Position numbers and translations under genes: made by a program. From a virus (taxonomy: Duplodnaviria > Caudoviricetes), in the IMG/VR virus record IMGVR_UViG_3300032212_000439, positions 1 to 31,636 of that record: 31,636 bases of DNA. The stretch is one strand, 5' to 3'. This document shows, piece by piece, positions 25,992-31,636 of this stretch (positions are counted from its first letter, which is position 1; each line of letters opens with the position of its first letter). The notes beneath the pieces are model-generated. The model was not told where the DNA came from, searched no databases, and saw nothing but the letters and a program-made list of their open reading frames with translations.

Positions 25992-27563
25992 ATGGGCTGG
26001 CGCCCGTCAGACCACGCGGCGCGCGCTCGACGGTGGTTGCTCGACCTGACGTGGGGCGACGCCGTCTACCGCCTCTCAGACGACCATGTGACCTTCACCG
26101 GCTCGGACGGTGTCAGCTACTTCTACAGCGCCGGGCTCGTCGTCGGCGGCGAGGTAGAGCGCGCCTCCTACGTCGGGGAGGGGCCTGTATCGCCTCGTGC
26201 GCCCGTTGAACTCCACCTTCAGGGGCTGGTAGACGTTCCGGGTCGCATTGCCCAGGGCGTGGGTCTCGGGAGTGCGCGGGCCGTCCTGTGGCTCTGGATT
26301 GAGGGCACGACGCACCGAGATCGCGTGATCGACGGCTTCCTCGAGTTGCCCGAGTACGGGGAGGCTGACCAGGCGGTGATGGGGAGCCTGGTCGATGACC
26401 GGCTGATCAATCGCAAGCTGTTCCCGCCAGCGAACGCCCGCATGGGCGTCAGCGCGCAGAACCCGGGAGAGTATTACCCCTGGGTCATCGGCCAGCCCGG
26501 GACGGGTCTTGATGGCGCGGTCTACGGGTCACCTGGCCTTGTTTGGTCGGACAGTGGAGCGAGCCCGGGGCTTGTCGAGGAGATTCTCATCGCCGGCCAC
26601 GCCGTCGGGGCTTCTCAGGTAGTTGTGAAGAATGCGAACACAGGCGCCTCGGACATCTTCACTGTGGCGACAGATACCGACGTAAACGGACGCACGGTCT
26701 CGATCGTGGATGTCACCACGACGGGCTGGGCCTCGGCGCATCGGGAGATGGGCGCCGCCTACTTCGTTCGCTGGTTCTCAAACGCTCTCAAGATTCGTGG
26801 CGAAGCCGTCAACGGCGCGGGGGACGTGCTGCTGTGGGCGATGCCACAGACGGACATCGTCTACGACGTGGGGGCGCTGCTGGCGGTCCGCGTCGAACTC
26901 AACCGGTACAAGATCGACTGCGTGATCGACGCCACGCCCGAGCAGCGCGTGGACCTGTGGGAGTGGGTCGTGGAGAACGTCTTGCCCATCTTGCCGGTGT
27001 CTGTGGCGCAGACAGACCTGGGGGTCCGCTTCGTGCTCTGGCGGTACGACGCGACGCCGGGAGACGCGGTGGCCGACCTGACGGAAGGCGAGAACGCATC
27101 ACGGCTGGGCGATGTCGGCTACGCGTCCCGCGACGGCATCGCGAACGAACTCCGCTTCTCCTACGGGCCCTCGGCGCGCGTGGGTCGAACGGTGTTCACC
27201 GAGGTGGTCACGGGCCATGCACTGACGCTCGCGTCGGACGATGACGCCTCTCCGCACGTGGACTGCGTGAAGTCTGACCGGGAGTTCGGTCTGCTGCCCT
27301 ACGAGTGGTCGTCCCAGGTGGTGTGGGACCCGGCGACGGCGGCGCGGGTGGCCCGCAACGAGGCGCGACGACGGGCACTACAGCCCCGACACGTGGGCTA
27401 CGCGGTCCCGCCTGATGTGGGCGCCCCCATCGAGGCCGGCGACGTGGTGAAGGTGTCCGACGTTGCTGTGGGCATCGTGGAGGCGCTGTTCTTTGTGCTG
27501 CACAAGCCCGCCGATGAAGGCGAGTTCTTCGCGCTGCATCTGCGCGAGATCACAGCCCCGTAA
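25992..27563 (+). CDS. tail hub/baseplate protein
   Basis: 523 aa; C-terminal IEAGDVVKVSD matches the LEPGD.V pattern of hub proteins. Confidence 0.7.
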   Translation: MGWRPSDHAARARRWLLDLTWGDAVYRLSDDHVTFTGSDGVSYFYSAGLVVGGEVERASYVGEGPVSPRAPVELHLQGLVDVPGRIAQGVGLGSARAVLWLWIEGTTHRDRVIDGFLELPEYGEADQAVMGSLVDDRLINRKLFPPANARMGVSAQNPGEYYPWVIGQPGTGLDGAVYGSPGLVWSDSGASPGLVEEILIAGHAVGASQVVVKNANTGASDIFTVATDTDVNGRTVSIVDVTTTGWASAHREMGAAYFVRWFSNALKIRGEAVNGAGDVLLWAMPQTDIVYDVGALLAVRVELNRYKIDCVIDATPEQRVDLWEWVVENVLPILPVSVAQTDLGVRFVLWRYDATPGDAVADLTEGENASRLGDVGYASRDGIANELRFSYGPSARVGRTVFTEVVTGHALTLASDDDASPHVDCVKSDREFGLLPYEWSSQVVWDPATAARVARNEARRRALQPRHVGYAVPPDVGAPIEAGDVVKVSDVAVGIVEALFFVLHKPADEGEFFALHLREITAP

Positions 27564-27924
27564 CGTCAAACGAGCCGTATCCCTCGCAGCCCTCCGGGTC
27601 CGTGACCGTCACGTCCCATTTGCCGTTACGCAACTCCCCGTCCGTCGCAGGGCTCCATGTCGCCCAGCCGTCGAAGTCGGCGAACTGAGAGTCGCCATCG
27701 ACGGAGTAGATTTCGTCGCCGCGATCGACGACAGACACCCAGAGCATGTGCGGGGACCAGACGTCAGAGTCCACGCGGACTTCGATCCAGGACCAGCTGT
27801 CCGTGAAGTCCAGATCGACGGCCTCAACCATCTCGGGCGGGCTCGAGCACGCCTCGTCGGTGTTTTCGGAGGGCGCCTGGCATCCCGCCAGAAGCACCAC
27901 AAACAGAAGTATTCCCCATCGCAT
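27550..27924 (-). CDS. lipoprotein (moron; possible superinfection exclusion)
   Basis: Signal peptide with lipobox LLAG-C; acidic beta-rich body; antisense to the late operon; TATGCT -10 lies 6 nt upstream of the ATG. Confidence 0.8.
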   Translation of the reverse strand: MRWGILLFVVLLAGCQAPSENTDEACSSPPEMVEAVDLDFTDSWSWIEVRVDSDVWSPHMLWVSVVDRGDEIYSVDGDSQFADFDGWATWSPATDGELRNGKWDVTVTDPEGCEGYGSFDVTGL

Positions 27925-27973
27925 GCCATGAGCATACGCCCGGGGGGTCTGTCTATTGCAACTTGCCTCCCGC

Positions 27974-27996
27974 GTTCGGTATTCGTGCGGTATCTT
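27974..27996 (+). promoter_or_regulatory. late promoter box 3 with -10 element
   Basis: GTTCGGTATTCGTGCGGTA overlapping TATCTT; AGGAGG RBS and ATG 28017 downstream. Confidence 0.7.
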
Positions 27997-28016
27997 TGGC
28001 GGGCACAGGAGGCCCC

Positions 28017-28295
28017 ATGGCTGATGTCCAAGTGACCGGTTCTTTCGTCCTTTCGTCCCTGGGTACCTCCTTCGTGGACGACTACGTCTGCCACGCGAAG
28101 CGGGAGATCTGCTTTTGGGAGGACGCAGGCGCTGCCTACGAGGTCGAGATCACGATCGATGACCAGACGGCGGCGCCGCTGACCATTGCGGCCAGCGCGA
28201 ACCCGTATCAGATCCTCGTGGCGCCCGGGAAAGAGGTCGTGCTTCAGTTCAAAGCCGCAGCCGGGACTGTGACAATCAACGGCTACGCGAGCTAG
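28017..28295 (+). CDS. small beta-rich protein, probably virion-associated
   Basis: AGGAGG RBS; 92 aa (MADVQVTGSFV...). Confidence 0.7.
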   Translation: MADVQVTGSFVLSSLGTSFVDDYVCHAKREICFWEDAGAAYEVEITIDDQTAAPLTIAASANPYQILVAPGKEVVLQFKAAAGTVTINGYAS

Positions 28296-28297
28296 TC

Positions 28298-29044
28298 GTG
28301 GCCTTCAAGAACCTGAACCCGCCCGCCAGCGGAAGCAGCGTCACCGAGACCGTCTACACGGGTGACGGCACGTCCGTGACGCTCGGCACGGTGTCGAGCA
28401 ACCTCCGCACCATCTCGGGCGGCGGGCTGTCTGGCGTGTACAGCGGGTTCGACCCGGTGGCGTTCGACCCTGACTCGCTGATGTCGATCACCACGACCTC
28501 GGGCAAGACCCTGCCAGCCGTCTCGGGCAACGCGACCAGCGGTCACTACTCGTTCATGTCGTCGGCCAACTACTTCATTGCCGGTGCGTGCATCGTCTTC
28601 CCCGGTGTGATTGGCGACGGGTGCTACTTCGAAGTCGAGGACATGGAGTGCACCACGTCTCCGACGGACTCGTACTGCCGCATCAGCATCGGAGCTCTTC
28701 GCCTGAAGCAGTCCCCTTGGAACTGGGGCGAGTGGTGCGGCATGGAGCTCCAGCCCTTCACGGCCACCGACTATTGGGCTGGCGGCTGTCGGCGCGGCGG
28801 CGTCCTCGTGACCCAGACGAGCGCAACGGCGATGACTGCGGGGCTGCACACGTTCCGCGTCGAGGTCACGCGCACCGAGGGCTCTCCCAATGAGATGTCC
28901 GTGGTGTTCAAGATCGACGGCGTCGCTCAGGGCTCCGCGATGAACTACGCGCCGATCGCCGGCGCCAATTGGGCTATCGGCCTGGCTGGCGCCTCGGGCG
29001 CTGAAACCTGGCGCTTCGGCACCGTCACCACCGGGACGATGTGA
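28298..29044 (+). CDS. putative receptor-binding / lectin-like tail protein
   Basis: Ser/Thr/Gly-rich; HTFRVEV...VVFKIDGV resembles the ConA-like lectin/glucanase fold. Confidence 0.6.
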   Translation: MAFKNLNPPASGSSVTETVYTGDGTSVTLGTVSSNLRTISGGGLSGVYSGFDPVAFDPDSLMSITTTSGKTLPAVSGNATSGHYSFMSSANYFIAGACIVFPGVIGDGCYFEVEDMECTTSPTDSYCRISIGALRLKQSPWNWGEWCGMELQPFTATDYWAGGCRRGGVLVTQTSATAMTAGLHTFRVEVTRTEGSPNEMSVVFKIDGVAQGSAMNYAPIAGANWAIGLAGASGAETWRFGTVTTGTM

Positions 29045-29211
29045 TGGCACACCGCTACACCGTGACGACAGACAACGACGACGGCACCCGCACGGTCGAG
29101 TTCTTCGTGGTGGCCGACGACGGCTCCGAAAGCCGCGAGAAGACCGAGACGGTCGCTGGCGACGACGCCGCTGAGGTGGCCGTCAAGGCGTGGGCGGCGC
29201 CGGAGGAGTGA
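29044..29211 (+). CDS. small acidic protein, 55 aa (absent from ORF track)
   Basis: TGATG coupling at both ends; MAHRYTVTTDNDDGTRTVEFFVVADDG... Confidence 0.65.
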   Translation: MAHRYTVTTDNDDGTRTVEFFVVADDGSESREKTETVAGDDAAEVAVKAWAAPEE

Positions 29212-29276
29212 TGCTCTTCCGGGCCTGCGTCGCGGTGCTCGTGGCTCTCCTGCTGACACCTCGGGGGGCCGAGTGA
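29211..29276 (+). CDS. 21-aa hydrophobic peptide
   Basis: GGAGG RBS; TGATG and GTGA coupling; MLFRACVAVLVALLLTPRGAE. Confidence 0.5.
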   Translation: MLFRACVAVLVALLLTPRGAE

Positions 29277-29482
29277 GTGCAATGCCCAAGCTGCTCGACT
29301 TCCCGCCGCACGTTCTGAAGCAGATGGAGCGCGCCCGGGCAGAGGTGCGCCGTCCGGTGATGCAGACGCTTCGACTTGCCCGCGAGCTCAAGGACCCGCG
29401 GAACTGGAGCATCCCCGACGAGGACGCTCTGGCCACCGAAGAGATGGAAACCGTGGGGGTTGACGATGAGCGCAGAGGCTGA
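29273..29482 (+). CDS. hypothetical protein
   Basis: Coupled small ORF, 69 aa. Confidence 0.5.
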   Translation: MSAMPKLLDFPPHVLKQMERARAEVRRPVMQTLRLARELKDPRNWSIPDEDALATEEMETVGVDDERRG

Positions 29483-29960
29483 CCTTTTGATCGCGCAGTT
29501 GGACCGCTTCGAGCGCTCCACCGGGCGAACCCTCGAGAAGCTCGCGGACGACGTGGGGGAGATCATGGCCTGGAAGATCGGTCATGAGTACATGGACGAG
29601 AAGGCGCACGCGCAGATCGTGAAAGACGTTGAGGCGATGCTGGCCGAGCATGTCGCGAGCGCAGAAGAGAAGGCCTCGGCCCCGGCGCCAGTGACTACGC
29701 CGGCCTCCCTGGTGCCCGCGCGCCCCGCGGCCCATGCGAAGCCTGGGTTCTTCGAAGACCTGTTTTCCACCCGCTGGGGACAGGGCGTCGCGGTGGCTGT
29801 CGTCATCTACTTGCTGCAGGCGGCGGGGGTGAACGTGGCTCAGAAGATCAATGACTTCTCCGTGCCGAACGTGTCCCCGATGACTGCGGACAGCGACGAC
29901 GGCGACGGCGACGGGTACGGTCCTGAAAATGACAGCGATGCTGTCGGAGGACGCTACTGA
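29466..29960 (+). CDS. single-pass membrane protein, possibly lysis-related
   Basis: Start MSAEADLL at 29466; coiled N-terminus, TM segment GVAVAVVIYLLQAAGV, acidic tail. Confidence 0.65.
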   Translation: MSAEADLLIAQLDRFERSTGRTLEKLADDVGEIMAWKIGHEYMDEKAHAQIVKDVEAMLAEHVASAEEKASAPAPVTTPASLVPARPAAHAKPGFFEDLFSTRWGQGVAVAVVIYLLQAAGVNVAQKINDFSVPNVSPMTADSDDGDGDGYGPENDSDAVGGRY

Positions 29961-30367
29961 TGTGCGACGGACCCTACGGAGAAGACGACCACCCCACCAT
30001 CTACTGCCCCGACGTGACCGACGGCGGGTTTGACTGCCCGGAAGAGGACGCCGACCAGGACGATGACGCTCTGACTTCTGGCGAGGCGCTGACGAAGTGG
30101 GAGAAGCTGGGCGAAGTCGTCTTCGAGACTGGCGAGAACTGCCAGTACGACGCCTCGCTTGCCACGGTGAACTTCAACGGCACGACCTACAACGTGACGA
30201 AGGACCCGACTCACGCGGCAGTCACCGACGGCAACGGGCGAACGTGGACGGTCCAGTATCTCGGCACCACCGGCCACGGCGGCGCCTGGCGGGTGAACGA
30301 CTCCCGCGTCTGGCTCCACTTTGACGACAACGGCGAGAAGCGCCTACGGAAGTGTCTGCCTGCGTAG
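29960..30367 (+). CDS. acidic Cys-containing hypothetical protein
   Basis: GGAGG RBS; TGATG coupling; 135 aa. Confidence 0.7.
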   Translation: MCDGPYGEDDHPTIYCPDVTDGGFDCPEEDADQDDDALTSGEALTKWEKLGEVVFETGENCQYDASLATVNFNGTTYNVTKDPTHAAVTDGNGRTWTVQYLGTTGHGGAWRVNDSRVWLHFDDNGEKRLRKCLPA

Positions 30368-30432
30368 GCGCCTGCGCCAGTGTTGGCGTACTTTCCCGCC
30401 CCGATGACCGCGGGTCAGTTATCCTCTCCCGC

Positions 30433-30504
30433 ATGTGGCTCGCTTACCTGTTCCTGGCCCCCCTGATGCTCATCGAGTGGCTGTTGGGCGGGCCGGATGC
30501 CTAG
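30433..30504 (+). CDS. 23-aa hydrophobic peptide upstream of the endolysin
   Basis: MWLAYLFLAPLMLIEWLLGGPDA; ATG lies 7 nt after TATCCT; overlaps the endolysin start. Confidence 0.5.
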   Translation: MWLAYLFLAPLMLIEWLLGGPDA

Positions 30505-30910
30505 CTTCTCCCGCCGCTCCCTCGACCGCCTCGCTACGTGCCACCCCGACATTCGGGCTGTCTTCGATGAGGTCATCCGGCACCGGGACTGCACCATCAT
30601 CGAGGGCGTGCGGGATCGCGAGACTCAGGCCGAGTACGTGCGGACTGGCCGCAGCAAGACGATGAACTCCCGGCACCTGAAGCAGCCCGACGGCTTCTCC
30701 CACGCCGTGGACGTGGCGCCGTACCCCGTCGACTGGCAAGACCCGAAGGCCTTCGCGCTCTTCGCTGGCTACGTGCTGGCCACTGCGGACCGCATGAAGG
30801 AGGACGGGCAGATCAGCCGCTCCCTGGTCTGGGGCGGCGATTGGGACGGCGACGGCAACGTCCGAGAACACAGCTTCTTCGACGGCCCCCACTTTCAACT
30901 GGAGAAGTAG
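30497..30910 (+). CDS. endolysin, M15-family L-alanyl-D-glutamate peptidase (T5-like)
   Basis: SLDRLATCHPD, EGVRD..TQ, SRH, AVD, WGGDW and DGPHFQL Zn-peptidase motifs. Confidence 0.92.
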   Translation: MPSFSRRSLDRLATCHPDIRAVFDEVIRHRDCTIIEGVRDRETQAEYVRTGRSKTMNSRHLKQPDGFSHAVDVAPYPVDWQDPKAFALFAGYVLATADRMKEDGQISRSLVWGGDWDGDGNVREHSFFDGPHFQLEK

Positions 30911-31096
30911 ATGGAACGTCTCAAGTCCCGCAAGTTCTGGGTCACGACCCTGTCAGCTGTCGCCGTCGTCCTCATCGTGGCGGTCTTCGATGTCACCGAG
31001 GAGGAGGCTGAGAAGGCGGTTGCCGGCCTCGTCGCGCTCGCGTCCAGCTACAACATCGGCCAGGGCTATGCCGACGGCCAGAAGGGCAAGGCATGA
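30911..31096 (+). CDS. putative holin
   Basis: 61 aa; RLKSRKFW followed by two hydrophobic segments; adjacent to the endolysin. Confidence 0.7.
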   Translation: MERLKSRKFWVTTLSAVAVVLIVAVFDVTEEEAEKAVAGLVALASSYNIGQGYADGQKGKA

Positions 31097-31581
31097 CCGA
31101 CGCCATCGAGAACCCCGCGGGCTACCGCCTCGAGGAGCCCAACTACCTCAACGTGGGCGTGCCTGCGCCAATCCAGAGCCGAACGAAGGGCGCAGCGTGG
31201 AGCAAGTACCACGACGGCCACCGGCAGGCGCTGCAGGCGCTTCTGGGCGAGCTCGGCTGGGCGCTCGTGCCCGAGATGAGCAGGCTGGCGAACAACGACG
31301 GTCGCGGCGCGGTCTACATGTTCCGCTCGTTCGACCCTCGCTGGCGTCCCGGCCAGTACCCCAACGCGCTCAAGGCGTACCTGCGTGACAACTTCGTGGA
31401 CGTGGCGAACGCTGTCGAGCTCGCCGTGGCGAAGGCGAAGAAGCTGGTACCGGAGGGTGGGAACGGCGCCATGGTCGCAGTACGGCCCATCCTGGGGCTC
31501 GTGGGCGACATCGCGCAGGCGGTGGACAAGGTCCAGTACCTGCCCGGCGAGGAGTTCTGGAAGTTCGGAGACGCGGACTGA
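31093..31581 (+). CDS. hypothetical protein
   Basis: ATGA-coupled; 162 aa with GC3-rich codons. Confidence 0.7.
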   Translation: MTDAIENPAGYRLEEPNYLNVGVPAPIQSRTKGAAWSKYHDGHRQALQALLGELGWALVPEMSRLANNDGRGAVYMFRSFDPRWRPGQYPNALKAYLRDNFVDVANAVELAVAKAKKLVPEGGNGAMVAVRPILGLVGDIAQAVDKVQYLPGEEFWKFGDAD

Positions 31582-31587
31582 CGCAAA

Positions 31588-31617
31588 GCGGGCGCCCCGG
31601 TCTCCCGAGACGCCCGC
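31588..31617. terminator. hairpin at the end of the late operon
   Basis: GCGGGCG/CGCCCGC stem directly after the stop codon; only a short T-run, on the minus strand. Confidence 0.4.
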
Positions 31618-31636
31618 ATCTGTCCGAAGACATCGA

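Noticed and set aside
29930-29965. ORF 29960 (starts Met-Cys) as a lipoprotein with a missed signal peptide
   Set aside because: In-frame TGA at 29930 and no hydrophobic leader upstream

Overview
GC-rich (roughly two-thirds G+C by eye) tailed dsDNA phage or prophage genome, siphovirus-like and close to complete. It is truncated at the left edge, and no integrase or CI repressor is visible. Layout: (1) a leftward early arm (1-4723) with small ORFs, a DUF4406-like protein, an amino-DNA methyltransferase and an SF2 helicase; (2) a back-to-back promoter pair at 4724-4810; (3) a rightward arm with a Cro-like HTH, an internally deleted PAPS-reductase-like gene, an HExxH/zinc-finger protein, a ~170-nt structured leader, a lambda-O-like initiator containing an iteron origin, a DnaC-like loader and a C5 methyltransferase; (4) a morphogenesis block (terS, terL, portal, scaffold, capsid, neck, tail tube, frameshifted chaperone, tape measure, Asp-box tail protein, hub); (5) an antisense lipoprotein moron and a lysis region (M15 endolysin, holin-like). 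The most notable unexplained signals are a conserved GTTCGGT-N4-GTKCGGTA box in three late promoters that resembles an alphaproteobacterial LexA box, two structured RNA leaders, and a duplicated 18-aa N-terminus with synonymous-only divergence flanking the broken PAPS-reductase gene. All calls come from reading motifs and gene order; no database searches were run.
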